A DNA stretch of 64,000 nucleotides from Vicugna vicugna (GCA_013265495.1 MU057989.1:821513-885512); one strand, 5' to 3'. Shown: positions 1 through 12,764, counted from the stretch's first letter. Numbers and translations: made by a program. Notes: generated by a model from the letters alone, not told the origin.

Positions 1-56
1 GCACCCAGGGATAGCAAAGTGGGAGGCCTGTGTTTTACAACTGATGTTCACCAATT

Positions 57-1056
57 TTTTTTTCTTTTTTAATCAAAGCTTAGTTGATTTACAAGGTTGT
101 TAGTTTCTGGTGTACAGCATAGTGATTCAGTTATATATAATATATATTTAAAATTATACATGATCTTTTTCATATTCTTTTTCCTTATAGGTTATTACAA
201 AATATTGAACGCAGTTTCCTGTGCTACACATTAGCACCTTGTTGTTCATCTATTTTATATATAGTAGTTTGTATCTGCTAATCCCAAACTCCTAATTTAT
301 CCCTCCCCCATCCCCTTTGGTAACCATAAATTTGTTTTCTATGCCTGTGAGTATGTTTCTGTTTTGTAAATATGTTCATTTGTATCATTTTTTTAAAATT
401 CCATATAAAAGTGATATGATTTTTTTTGTCTTACTTCATTTAGTATGATAATCTCTAGATCCATCCATGTTGCTGCAAATGGTATTATTTCATTCTTTTT
501 AATGGCTGAGTAGTATTCCATTGTGTGTGTGCGTGCGCACGCGCACACATAGATACAATTTCTTTATCTAGTCATCTGTCGATGGGCGTTTAGGTTGCCT
601 CCTTGTCTTGGCTACTGTAAATGGGGCTGCTATGAACACTGGAGTGCAGGTAATAATACCTCATTGTAGTTTTGGTTTGCATTTCTTGATAATTAGCAGT
701 GTTGAGCATCTTTTCAAGTGCCTACTGGCCATCTATATGTCTTCTCTGGAGAAACGGCTATTTAGGTCTTCTGCTCATTTTTTGATTGGGCATCATTTGT
801 TTGTTATTGGGTTGTATGAGCTGTTTGTCTATTCTGGAAATTAAGCCCTTGTCAATTGCATGTATCATTTGCAAATATTTTCTTCCAGTCCATAGGTTGT
901 CTTTTCATTTTATTTATGGTTTCCTTTGCTGTGCAAAAGCTTGTAAGTTTGAATAGGTCCCATTTTATTTTTACTTTTATTTCTATTGCCTTGGGAGACT
1001 GACCTAGGAAAACATTGCTACAATTTATGTCAGAGAATGTTTTATCTATGTTCTCT
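57..1056 (-). mobile_element. 5'-truncated LINE-1 (ORF2 C-terminus and 3' UTR), relatively young, internally deleted
   Basis: Poly-T at the left end; L1 3' motifs; perfect 12-bp TSD tgttcaccaatt at 45-56 and 1057-1068. Confidence 0.9.
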
Positions 1057-1392
1057 TGTTCACCAATTCTTTAAATCCATTCTTGCAGACAAAGCCTTAC
1101 CCAGAGCCCAAATATCAAGGCTACAGAGGCCACGTGCTCCAGGATATGCTCCCCACATCTCACTGCTACCCGCTCCACAGACCCTTGGGCTTAACAGAAC
1201 CAGCTGGAAACACACATTTCAATCACTAAGACAAAAGTGTATTATTGTTTTGACAGAAAAAATTTTTTTATATTGGGGAAAAAAATCTTCAAAACAAGGG
1301 GCTTTATTTTACCTGACTTTAAAAGATAAAACAATGGATACTCATGAATTACACTGGTGATGTTACCACATGTTTTTAAAGCATCAACTTAC

Positions 1393-1511
1393 TGGAATTC
1401 CTAGGAGCTGGGGATCTACAGGCTGCCGAAAAGGTAAGGACTCCGGATCCTGTCGATACAGTGCTTCTAGGGTTGGCATCAGAGCCTGGCGTAACTCCTC
1501 CGGCTTAAAGA
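1393..1511 (-). CDS. CREBBP: CREBBP exon 17 (119 nt), start of bromodomain (FKPEELRQALMPTLEALYRQDPESLPFRQPVDPQLLGIP)
   Basis: Acceptor ctgcag|TC, donor CCA|gtaagt; overlaps ORF 1384..1647. Confidence 0.97.
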
Positions 1512-2815
1512 CTGCAGTTAGGAAATAGGAAACGACACTGTTTACAAGGCAGACTCCTTCTCCAAAACATTTCAAAAGGAAGCCCGGGCTGCTGCTGAGA
1601 AGGTCCGAATCATTTCCCCTCCAGCCGTGAAGCTTCTGAGGGCTCATTCACCGTGGGGTCCATGGGTGTTCTAAAGCCGTGATTCAGGGACTGGGAATAC
1701 ACAGCCAGACTAGGGTTTTTAAAAACTGCACTCACATCATGAGGCAAAAAAAGCAAACTGAGAAGTTTGCTTGTTCAACGTGAAGGCTTCCAATGTTAAA
1801 ACTTCCTTGGAATAGAAAATGATGCTAACTCCCAAATCTGCTTCATTGATCAAGTGGGTGTAAATAAAGTCAGTTCACTGGAAGGGGCCTTTCCTCCTCC
1901 AAGGAAACTTGTCTGTCCTTGGCTGAAGTAAACTCAGACCACTTGAGACGATGGTTTTGTATTACAACCTCACAAACAAATGTATACAGTAACAGAGCTA
2001 GAAAAACAAGACCCCCCCCCGCCAATTCTGTACTATACCCTCCCACATGTAGCAGTCTCCAACTTCTAGGCCAGACAATTCCTACTGCACTTTCTGTCGT
2101 CACCAATGTAAGAACAAATATGGCTGCCAAATACATTCAGGACGGTACATTTATACAAAACCCTAGTGAGTTCTAATGACATGGGAAACCCTCATCCTGC
2201 AAAGCTCACATATGCTTCTATACATAGTAAAATGACCAGAGGCAAACAGCACAAAGGAGTTCTGATGACTTAGGTCTTAAGTGATAAGAGGTTTCCTCTT
2301 TGTGGTTTTTTGGATTGTGAAAAGGTTTCCTAAACCTTTTCACACACATGTGGTAAACCGTAATTCATAAATCAGATTAAAACAATCGTAAACATTTAAA
2401 GTTCCAGTTGGGAAGCGGCATGCATCAAGTATATTGAGAGATGAAAACACTGGCTGGGAAGTTTCCAGAGAGTTTATTGTCATCAGAGCCAGCGACCTGA
2501 CCTCCTGACGGAACAGCCTCCTACGCTCCAGGACACCTGGCGCACTAGACCTGGGCTGGCTGCTGGAGGTCAGCAAGCATGCGACACCCAGTGCAGCGCT
2601 CCCCAAGACACTCCCCAGCAGGCACAAAGGCCTGGTCTAGGGAGCAGAAGTGCCCTGTGGAGGCCCCTGAAACACACACAAATCCTGCCTTCAGCTAACC
2701 CCTTTTCTTCTAGTCTTCTAGGCTTTTCACAGAGATGAAGCCGTGCTTGGTTTTCTTTGAGTAACTATTAGAAAACAATTCTTTAGTTAATCAATAGCTT
2801 TTTCATTCTTCTAGA

Positions 2816-3125
2816 CCAAGGGTCGGCAAACCATGACCCACGGACCAAATCTGGCCAGATGCCTGCCTTTGTATGGCCTTGAGCTAAGAACGGTTTTTAA
2901 GTTTTTTAATGGTTAGGGAAAAGTATTTCATGATACGTGAATTACACAAAATCAAATTTTGGTCTGTCAAACTAAAGCTTTATTAGAATATGGCCAAGCT
3001 CATCTGTGCACATGTTGTCTGTGGCTGCTTTCCCACATCACAGAGCTGAGTAGCTGCAACGAAACCTTATGACACACAAGGGCTAAAGTATGTACTTTCT
3101 GGCCCTGAAGTTTGCTGATGTCCTG
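2816..3125. mobile_element. MER58-like hAT-Charlie non-autonomous DNA transposon
   Basis: Ends caagggtcggcaaac ... gtttgctgatgtcctg; internal ggaccaaatctggcc; family assigned from memory. Confidence 0.65.
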
Positions 3126-3190
3126 CTCCAGCCCCTCTCATCTCCCTCGTGGTAATAAAAAGTAATATGGCCTTACTTGCATCTCACTTT

Positions 3191-3319
3191 GTTTTTTTGT
3201 TTTTGTTTGGGGGGGGGATTAGGTTTATTTATTTACTTATTTATTTATTAATGGAGGTACTGAACCCAGGACCTCGTGCATGCTAAGCACGTGCTCTACC
3301 ACTGAGCTACACCCTCCCC
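3191..3319 (-). mobile_element. tRNA-derived SINE (camelid Vic-1-like)
   Basis: Reverse strand reads ggggagggtgtagctcagtggtagagcacgtgcttagcatgcacgaggtcctgggttca, then a (TAAA)n tail; degenerate TSD tgcatctcacttt / tgcgtttcacttt. Confidence 0.85.
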
Positions 3320-3614
3320 ACCATGCGTTTCACTTTGGATGACTTCATTCGTTCATGAAACATCTGTGTAATACCTATGCTGAGGAAAAGTCATCTTCAA
3401 ACTCTTTAACCACCATATTGATGGAATAAGACTCTGAGTGAGTGGAAGTAGCAGTCAGAAGCTGTGTTTGAAACAGGTTCTCTGCCAGTGACTCATATGG
3501 TGTGCTTAGGAGTAAGTCACTGCACTTCTCGGGCCTCCAGATCTTTTGCAAACAATCAGGATGGTGTACTACATCAGCAGTCCTCCGAGCACTGCCCACG
3601 GAGGCCTTGCAGAC

Positions 3615-3788
3615 CCCGGTGCTGTCTAATACAGTAGCCACCAGCCATATTTGGTTACCTGAATCAAAACGAATTGATATTAAATAAAATTAAAAATCTA
3701 CTTCCACAGTCACACATGCAACATTTCAAGTGCTCAGGAGCCACGTGACTGCCATATGGAACGTGCAGATACGTAACACTTCCAGCGC
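3615..3788. mobile_element. MER3/MER33-like hAT DNA element
   Basis: Motifs gctgtctaatacagtagccaccagccatat and acatttcaagtgctcaggagccacgtg; family assigned from memory. Confidence 0.6.
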
Positions 3789-3794
3789 TGCCTC

Positions 3795-5105
3795 AGGCCC
3801 TTTCTTGGGCTCTGTGAAATCAAATTTATTCCATAATGTAAAACAATTTTCATGCTACCACTATGTCGTCATTTGCCTTTTGTGCTGTGCTGACATTCAC
3901 ACGATGGGGCAAAAGCAGCAGTGAGTAAATCACTAGCCCCGCAACACGAGACTTGACTCGGCGGCCACCCCGCTCTAAGCTGCTGCTCTGCACACACAAG
4001 ACAAGGATGTCAACTGCAGGGATGGATGTCCTTGATGAAGGACTGAAAATTCTTACTTTTATTGAATCTCAGCCCTTGGCTACATGTCCTTTATTCTGTA
4101 CGACAAACTGGGAAGCTGTCATAAAGCACCTCTGCTGCACGCCGTGGTTGTGTGGAGAGGATGCACTGGTATGAGTGCTGAGAGAGGACGTAACTGCTTT
4201 TCTTCGTGGAACACATAAAACTAGAAAACCTGTCTCACAGGCAAGCTGTGGTTATTTAGGTCTGGGTATGGGACAGACATTTTCTCAAAAATGAACAACG
4301 TAAGCCAGTTCCCTCCAGGACAACTCTCTATTTTCTACCAGTGATAAAATATGGACTTTGATCAAAGATTAGAATTTTGAAAACTTACGCCACATGAGCT
4401 TGACAGCTTGTCAAAATTTACAAGATTTTTTTGAAGAGATTTCATAGTGGTATTAACAAATGCGGTTTTTCAAAATTTCACATAATGAAGTATGTCATTT
4501 GGAAGATGTGCATAACTCAGTGAGTCAAATTCCTAGATGACCAAAGGACTATGTTATTAAAAAAGAAAAATCATGCAAGGGCAAAAGATCCATTCAAGAT
4601 AAAAAAACAAACAGATTCTAATGCCAGAGGACAAAAAATTCAGTGCTACGGATTCAGATTTCACACTGCAACTAACCTTTAGTAAACCTCCAATTGTTGA
4701 GTGGTGGTATAGTATCAAAAAAGAATATCCACAATGACCTGAGAAGGCTACTAAAGTGCTCTTCTCTTTATCAACTACTCACCTGAATGGGGCAGGATTC
4801 TCTTCATGTACTTCACCCAAACAATGTAACACAAGAGCCAAAGCAGAGGCAGATACAGAACCCAGCTGTGCCCACTTAACTCCCTGAGTAACAAAACTGT
4901 AACAGAAAATGTCACTACTCTATTTTTGTTTTGAAAGTTATTTTACATAAAAATGTGTTATTTATGAATGCCATGTAACAGATTTGCATTTATATAGATT
5001 AAATATTTTAAAAACCTAATAGAGTAAATAGTGACAGATAATCCATACAAACAAAAACTTCTCTGGGGTCCTCAATTTTTAGGAATATAAAGAGGTCTGA
5101 GACCT
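3795..5105 (+). mobile_element. Charlie1-like hAT DNA transposon remnant
   Basis: Motifs atttgccttt...tgacatt...gcaaaagca, gcttgacagct, ggaagatgtgcataactcagtga, and subterminal tggggtcctcaattttt...gaggtctgagacc; no intact transposase ORF. Confidence 0.7.
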
Positions 5106-5793
5106 GCCGTATCGTGATCTCCAGGGTCTCTTCTAGCAGCAAATCTACACAATATGAGCCTTTAACATTATTCTGCCATCCTTCCTAAGTGCATCACCAG
5201 CGGCCCTCAACTACCTGAGCCCTGTCTCACATTTCCAAGGGTCTCTTGACAAATTTCTGACTCCCTGTTACCTCCTTACTTTGGACACATCTTAAATGGA
5301 TTCTATCCAACTTCCACTGTGAGACTGGCTTATCCTGTTGCCCCTTCTTGCTGCACTAGTCAGATTCTCTCTCCTATCCCATGACTTTGGGCACCTAGTT
5401 TTCTGTCCATATCAGAAGAAACCTACAAACTCCAGTGCATACACGTTGCCATGGTGATAATTTCCCTAACCTCAAGCTTCCGATCACCTTCTCGCTTGAA
5501 TACATCAGTGGTTGTCCGTGGCCTGCCAAGTACAGTCAGCACCAACCCAGACAGGCTGCTTGCGCACTGCCCCTTGGAGACTCAGCTCGCTTCTCGTCCC
5601 TAGCATAGACCCCACGGGCCCTCGCCCGGGAGTCAGCTTACTGCCACCATTTCTAAAACTCAAGGAATGGCAGGCAAGGGTAAAAGGAGGGATGGAATTT
5701 TTTTCTTCTGCTTTAGCTTTTAATCCACAGTATAGAATCACAATACAATAGAAAAGCAGCACTGTTTAGGAAGCTCACAAGAACACGACATAC

Positions 5794-5983
5794 TCTTTTT
5801 GCGAGGCTGCGAAGGAGAAGTTGACTGAGAGGCCGTCCCGTTTGCACTGCTCTCTTCTTCCTCTTTAGCTTCGACTTTCACTTCAGGTTTCTTTTCATCC
5901 ATTTCCATCGGTTCTGATTTCTGCTCTGTTGGGTCTGTTTCTTCTTTAACTTGAGAAGATCCTTGTAAATCCTCCTCCATTAT
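5794..5983 (-). CDS. CREBBP: CREBBP exon 16 (190 nt), IMEEDLQG...VKVEAKEEE...SPSQPRKK
   Basis: Acceptor tctcaag|ATA, donor AAGA|gtatgt; overlaps ORF 5738..5998. Confidence 0.96.
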
Positions 5984-6960
5984 CTTGAGAAAAACCAAAT
6001 TACAGATAATGATATATGAAAATCAAAGACCTTTATTTTAACTCAGCCTTACTGGAAGGCTCTTAAAAATCTACCTGGGCTTGTTAAAGCCCTTCCCTAG
6101 TCAGAGCTGCACTGATTATTTCTTTTCTCTCCCACAAGAAGGGGTGGAGTCACTTTTAACACAACACCAGTGTAACTATAGTCTTAAAAATTAAAAAAAA
6201 ATTTACATGCTAGAGTGCTTAAAAAACTCGTATATACACTGTATATACATTATTATCTCCTCAGAGGTTTTACATACAGGTATTTCTAGTTTGGAACAAG
6301 AATCACCTCAAATATTGGGGGAGGGATCAGAACTCCAACTGCTCAGAGGGCCAGGAAGGTGAAGTAAACGAGAGCAGCAGGAGGCGTGGAGTGAGGCAGT
6401 AGGGAGGAGTGGAGACTCCAGTGAACCAGAGGGCCCATGACCCATCTAATAGCCATGGCTGGTGCTCCCATCCAGACTGCAGCCACACAGGAATGCAAAC
6501 ACAGTGGTGGCAGAGCTTCTCATTTTTCAAGAAAAGCCAGAAATCTAGACTCTTGTAATTTCTGACTTTAAAAATATTGTGTGGGTCAACCAAAACAGAC
6601 TTATAGGCTGGATTCAACCCACGGTCAGTCAGTTTCCAACTTCTGCCACAGATTAATTAGTAAAAAAATACATCCCTTGCATAGTCTAACTCTGCAGAAC
6701 TATAAAATAATGAGAAATGACTATAAAAAGCTGTTGGATAATTCAAACAATTAAAATACATGCCAGTGCTCTTCACTGCTGGCAAAATTTAAAAAACCTG
6801 TAACTAATACCTAAAAATAAGTAGGTGATCTGTTTTTAATTGATTTCCTACATGAAGCATAATCAAACAGGACGCTGAAACAAAAAGCAGGGACATCTAT
6901 GGTGGACCCTGGGGCCTCCACGTGCGCAGCACATCTGTCACTCTCAGGAAAGGGACCTAC

Positions 6961-7140
6961 CGCAGACCCAGGCTCTCCCTTGGGTTCGCTGGGATCAGGC
7001 TCGGTGTCCTCGGTCTTGACTTCAGCTTTCATTTCCAGCATTGGTACATCAGGTCCTGGCTGCTGGGAGTTGGTTTCAGTACTGGCCACTGAGGATGGAG
7101 TGGGGACCCTGTTATCAATGCTGGCTGCTGCCTGGGAAAG
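6961..7140 (-). CDS. CREBBP: CREBBP exon 15 (180 nt), LSQAAASIDNRVPTPSS...KGEPGSA
   Basis: Acceptor ctccacag|CTT, donor GCG|gtaggt; overlaps ORF 6811..7161. Confidence 0.96.
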
Positions 7141-8566
7141 CTGTGGAGAAACCCAAATCATTTATCTTGGTAAACAAGAGACTATAAATGATCTCAAAGC
7201 CTGATGCACATCCAGTATAGTTTCATTGTAACTTTCTCATTACTAAGCTAACAGGCACTCCGATCTGAGACACCTGAAGAACAGGAGTTAAATAGGGGCT
7301 CCAGAGGAAGTCAACGTTAGGCAGAAAAACAACTGACTTCTTGCCAATAATGCAAAGACAGAAGAGCAGAGCTTTCAACACTTTGATATAAAATTATTCT
7401 GGGGGAGTTTTCTATGCAAGTCACAGAATTTCCAATTTTAAATTTAATCCCCTCCAATAATGACACTAATGGATACGGTAAAAGGCTGAATTATAAACAT
7501 GTAAGTCTATATACTGCAGGAAGGCATAAAGTGCCTACCTGGGGCAAGAATGTACAACTGGCCTGTTAACTGTAGGGAAGAGGGGTGGAGAAGTAAACAA
7601 ATATTCAGAGAAGGAATTCCTAAAAGAATTCTAAATTTTCAAAGATTTACCCAAAGTAGTTTAAAGTAAACAAACAAAAGAAAATGTAAAATTACAAAAG
7701 GGTCTTATTTAGAGATAAGAAGTATAAAATAAGGATAAAAAAGCACACTCCCTATGGAGAACTATAAACAGTAATGTCATCTTGGGGTTGCTGTTGGGAT
7801 TAATTTCGACATTTTATAAATAAATATCCTCAGTCCCCACAAATAATGTACAGGGGGGAAGGAGGTCTTCAAGTTGGACTGATAAGAAAACAGACCGTGA
7901 GATTTCAGTGATAACTGCGGGAGGAATGCGGAGGTGAGCAAAGGCAGCCTCAGGCCCCTGCGTCAGTGGGGACGGCCCAGTCTGGGACAGCACCAGGCCA
8001 GGCATCATCAGCAGAGCATGGGACGTGGGACATGGGACGCGAAGTGATCCTGCCACTTTCCCCTCTCTGGAGGGATGGGTAGATCTGAGCCACAGGAACC
8101 GTTAGCCTGGGTGTGCCTTTTGTCATGAAAAAGAAAAGGCTTCTAGCCTGAATATAGGTCAAAGTACATATAATTAGGAACTTGACTCGTGTACCTAGTT
8201 CTCAAGACACAGGAGAAAAACTATGCAAACTCAGCAGGCGTCAGCCTAGGACAGATAATGGGGAACACACTGCTCCTATGGACAGACAGCTTAAAAATTC
8301 TACAGAGGACCCACGTATTAATCCTTTTACTGGCTGATTTCTATAAACCCATTTAATTAGAGAAGATAATCATAAGTCACGTCCTGCTGGACACAGCGTC
8401 TGGAGCCAATGTTGGAATAGAACAGCTCATTATGGTTCGATTAGGGTGCTGGTCTTGTGACTGCACCAAGACTTTCAGTGACTTTCAGTGACTTTATGCC
8501 ACTGCTTTAACGGGAAAGTTCTCTTCTAAGAGTCTTGGCCAGAAGATGACAGACTGAGGGGCTCAC

Positions 8567-8983
8567 CGGTGTGCCAGGGGGCTGGGCATGAACAGGTGTC
8601 GGCTGCTGCTGTGACGACTGAGGGGTGGCCACGGACGGAGGCTGGACTGGGGTCTGAGGCTGTGTTGTCACCTGGGCCTGGGCTGCTGCCTGGACCGTAG
8701 GGGTGCTCTGGGTTTGGCTAGCACTGGGCACTGAGCCGGGAGTCGGGGTAGGGGTCTGCCCGGAAGACGACACAGGAGTCGATGGCTGGGTGGGAGCTGC
8801 TGGCTGGGGAGGAGTCATCCCAGGTGCTGCTGGATGCTGGAGAGATGGCATGCCCGCAGCCGTGGAAGCAGGAGGTGGCGTCTGATGCAAAGGTGACTGT
8901 GTCACTGGTGGGCAAGGCAGCTGGCTGGCCTGGGGCCCAAGCATGTTCAGAGGGTTAGGAAGAGCAGCACCAGGCACTTGTCC
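8567..8983 (-). CDS. CREBBP: CREBBP exon 14 (417 nt), P/Q/T-rich linker (GQVPGAALPNP...HAQPPGTP)
   Basis: Acceptor ctgttag|GGA, donor CCG|gtgagc; overlaps ORF 8507..8977. Confidence 0.96.
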
Positions 8984-9409
8984 CTAACAGATGGAACAGA
9001 GTATGTTAAAATTATTTCCTCTATTTGAAAATGTGGTAACAGATTTAAAGAATTAAATATATAAAAATCTAATCATGGTATCTTGATGAGGTCTGCTGAC
9101 TGCACAGCAATGTTCCATTCATAAAAATTCATCAATCTGTACACTTACAGTAATGTGCACTTGTTTCTCATGCTTTGATTTACACAAGTGTGGAAATCTC
9201 TGGCTTAAACAAACATATACACTTCAATGACTAGTTTCGTGCTCCACAACATTCACCCACAGCTCAGACCACTGGAAAAGGTCTGAGCCTTCTCTAAAAA
9301 TTAGTTTTTCAAACACTAAAATGTTTCAATGCAGTGGTTCTCAACTAGGGACCCGCTTTAGAATTATCTGTGGACCTATACAGAGCTATTCTGAATCACT
9401 GGTCTAAGG

Positions 9410-9629
9410 TGGAGATCTGCAAACTACATACAGCCCAAGGCCAAGTCCAGCCAGCTGCTAGCTTCTGTCAATAAAGTTTCACTGGCACGCAGCTCTGCCC
9501 ATCCACTTACATGTGAATGTACTATCTATGGCTGCCTTTGCACTACCACAGTGGAGTAGAGTATGTAAAGCCAAGACGTCATGGTCTACAAAGCTGAAAA
9601 TATTTATAGGACAAATCTGCTGACCCCTG
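9410..9629. mobile_element. MER58A-like hAT DNA element
   Basis: gcaaactac...ggccaagtccagcc...aataaagtttcactgg...tgctgacccctg. Confidence 0.65.
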
Positions 9630-10376
9630 TTTCAGAGCAATGAAATGTTACGGAAATTAAGAATTAATTAATAAATACTTAGTATGTAAATCTAGTGTAA
9701 TCAGTGTCTTTTATTTAATGTTATTTTATGTTAAAAATTAAATAATGAATCTTGTCTTTGGGGGGAATATTTGGCCTATTTTGAATACATGTACACTTAT
9801 ATACAGCAGAAATCTGATGTACTCCAACAAAAGGGGGAAAAGGCAGTAAAATGAATGGAAAATAGTTCTCCCCAGCATTAGACTGAATAATTAAAAACAT
9901 TCAACAAGAAAAGAAATACTCAAATGATCCAGTTAGCTGGATTCCACCTAGGCAGTTCACATAGACAGGCAATCAGATACAAAGACCAAATCACTAGGAG
10001 TGAATTCATGGGGCCCTTCTCCACTCCATCCTTAAAATCCAATGTCTCTCAGGATCACATGTGAAACTTAGAATTTAAAACACATAAAGACAGACCAAGA
10101 AAATGACAACTAAAAACCCCAAACCAAAACACAAAAGCACACAAATCAAAAAACCATAATCCATTCCACTTCTGCATGAAGTTTACCCCAAGACAGTAAG
10201 AGTAATTTCAAACAAGGTAAAAATGATGGGACAGAAGGGGGAAAAAACCAAGAGATGCTAGTACAGAAAATGTTTAGTCTAGAGTTCTAATACCCATGAA
10301 CTGAGACATGCTCAGGGCAGCAGGGAGCTGGGGCTGCATCCGTGTAGGTGGCTCACAGCTCCAACAGGAACAGTAC

Positions 10377-10565
10377 CTGTGACACTCCGGCCTGTGCCGC
10401 CGGCTGCCCCATGCCCACACTGTTCACACTCATCGCCCCGCTGGACGATGGGAACTGGTTCTGTGGCAGGAACTGGTTCTGTGCAGGCGCCTGGGCCATC
10501 ATGTTGTTGGCATGCGCACCCATCATGTTTGGAGGCTGAGGCATTCGGGAAGGAGAAATGGCCAT
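10377..10565 (-). CDS. CREBBP: CREBBP exon 13 (189 nt), MAISPSRMPQPP...AQAGVSQ
   Basis: Acceptor cttgtag|ATG, donor CAG|gtactg; overlaps ORF 10353..10565. Confidence 0.95.
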
Positions 10566-11159
10566 CTACAAGACAACAAGCATCACTGTGAGTTCAGAGG
10601 GGTTCGAGTGCCAGTCTTCAAGACAAACTAGGAGACAGAAATCTTCAAATCGTCCTTTCTCGCAGGAAGAGAGCCACCACTGGATAAGGCGTCTGGCTCT
10701 GAGGCACCCGCCATGCTTTCTCACACTAGGTCTCTAGTGAGCCAGTGCCACAGAGTCCTCTGAATAGAAATCAATAGTGTGCCACAGTTTCAAGTTCAAG
10801 CAGGCCTTTTATGAGCTCTCTGAAGCATTTAGAAAGCAGCCTCAGGAGAGTGAGCTCCAGGAGTCAACAGACGCTGACACGCCCCTCTCGGCCGCGTATC
10901 TGCCTACCCCATCCTCAGAACTCCCATCTTCTCACAGAGTCACAGGTTCCTATGAATTTGTCATTTCACTAAAAAATAACGGTCAAATAATTCTTGCAGT
11001 AATAAAGACCAAAGAGAGAAAGAGACGATGGAAATAAAGCAAAACCCAAATCCAAAGGACTGCAGGAATCCCCGACAGCCTTCGAGTTGCACCACTTAGA
11101 CAATCTCCCTCCTTGCAGCCAGGCCTCCTTGGCACAGCCAAGGCAGCAGTGGCACTTAC

Positions 11160-11284
11160 CCCTGGAACGGAGCCCATGCTGTTCATCGGGACAGAGTGGT
11201 TCATGGGGGACGCTGAACGCGGTCCCATGGGAGCTTGTGGCAACTGTACATTCCCCAAGGACATTGGGTTAAATGAATTCATCC
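11160..11284 (-). CDS. CREBBP: CREBBP exon 12 (125 nt), MNSFNPMSLGNVQLPQAPMGPR...GSVPG
   Basis: Acceptor tttacag|GG, donor GGG|gtaagt; overlaps ORF 10983..11300. Confidence 0.96.
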
Positions 11285-12629
11285 CTGTAAATGTACCCAC
11301 AATGGTTCATTAGGAAGAGCACCCACAGGAAAACAAATTATAACTCACCCAATAAACTCTAAGCAAAACAAGATGGAACACACACACTGCATATACGATT
11401 GAAAGGCAATCAGTTAATCAGAAAAGATGGTTCAGGAATAGACTTTTCATGTCCAGGAAAAATGGCAGCAATGCAGTGGTGGTGAGGACAAGACGGTGGG
11501 GAGGGAGGTAGGGAGCATGAGGAGATGAAGGCAGAAAGTCAGGTTAAGTGAGAGACGACAAGGCTGGGGAGCTCGGGTCACTCGGCACCAAAGCTTCAAA
11601 GTGACAAAGCAGAGGGAGGTGGTGTGGGGAAGGGGCTCCCACCATTGCTGGAGGAGGTCAACTAAGGCCAGGGCACCCGTCTGAACCAACCCCTCAAAGC
11701 CTTCTGGAGACCCTGACTCCTGTCTCCTCTCCTGCAGGAAGCCTGTTCCCATCACCTCAGGCCTTCCAGCTCTTCAGCTGGGTTTACGTTTATTATCAGA
11801 ATTTGGGGTAAGACTCAAAATGGGGTTTTAATTTTGCAAGTATGTTAAATGTTTAGAAAGTGCCCAAGGGTCAGCAGTTCTCAACCTCAGCCTCCTCTTC
11901 AGACTGGAGAGATCTCATTTTCTCAGCTCCCCTCGCCTTCCCAGGGGTGCCTGCAGTCTGCCGGAATGTCACACCATGAAAGACACCTCACAGCCGCTAA
12001 GTGTCTCCAAGACCACAGAGTCTCATTCTTTGTCATTTCCCATGATACTTTGTAAACTCCAAGCTCTACATAAAATAAATACTGGTTTTACTGAGTCTCA
12101 GGACTGACACTGGCATTTAACAGAATCCCTGAGGTGCTGTCTCAATGCTGGTATAGTGTGAGAGGGTGGCAACGTGTGCCTCCCTCAGCACCACCTGGAA
12201 ATGTCACCCTATGTAACTAGGTGCAAGCACAGGCCCAGGACTTGCCAGGAAGCCTACAGTACAAAAGTGTCCCCTCTCCTTGAGGATTTTATTGACGAGA
12301 AGATTTTAAGAAGATTTTAAGAAAAAGATGTACGAAGAAATGGAACCATGAAAAGACCTAGATGTGTGGGTAGGGGGCATGTGAGCACTTCGTTGTAAGA
12401 CCCCTCCTCAGCACTCTGCTCAGCAGCCACCTCATCAGATCCCAGACCAGCAGAAGCTTCCACGTCATCCCGGACACAGGACTTGCCCCTTTCCAAAGGC
12501 TCTCTTTCTCTGACTTCCTGATTTCTTTCATGCCTCCAATCCATCTAACCAAGTCCCTGAGAAGTTTCCTTCACAGTATCAGTTTATCTACCAGCTCTTA
12601 CTCAGTATGCAATATAATTACCACAACTT

Positions 12630-12764
12630 AAAAAAATTTTTTTTATTTTGGGGGGGGATTAGGTTTAATTAATTAATTAATTAATTAATGGCGGCACTGG
12701 GGACTGAACCCAGGACCTTGTGCATGCTAAGCAGGCACTCTACCACACAGCTACAGCCTCCCCC
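12630..12764 (-). mobile_element. tRNA-derived SINE (Vic-1-like)
   Basis: A/B-box-like head on the minus strand; perfect 13-bp TSD attaccacaactt at 12617-12629 and 12769-12781. Confidence 0.87.

Noticed and set aside
1512..1535. tttcctaac close to the exon 17 acceptor, resembling a U12 branch point
   Set aside because: The matching donor is GTATGT, not the U12 consensus GTATCCTT, so intron 16 is an ordinary U2 intron.
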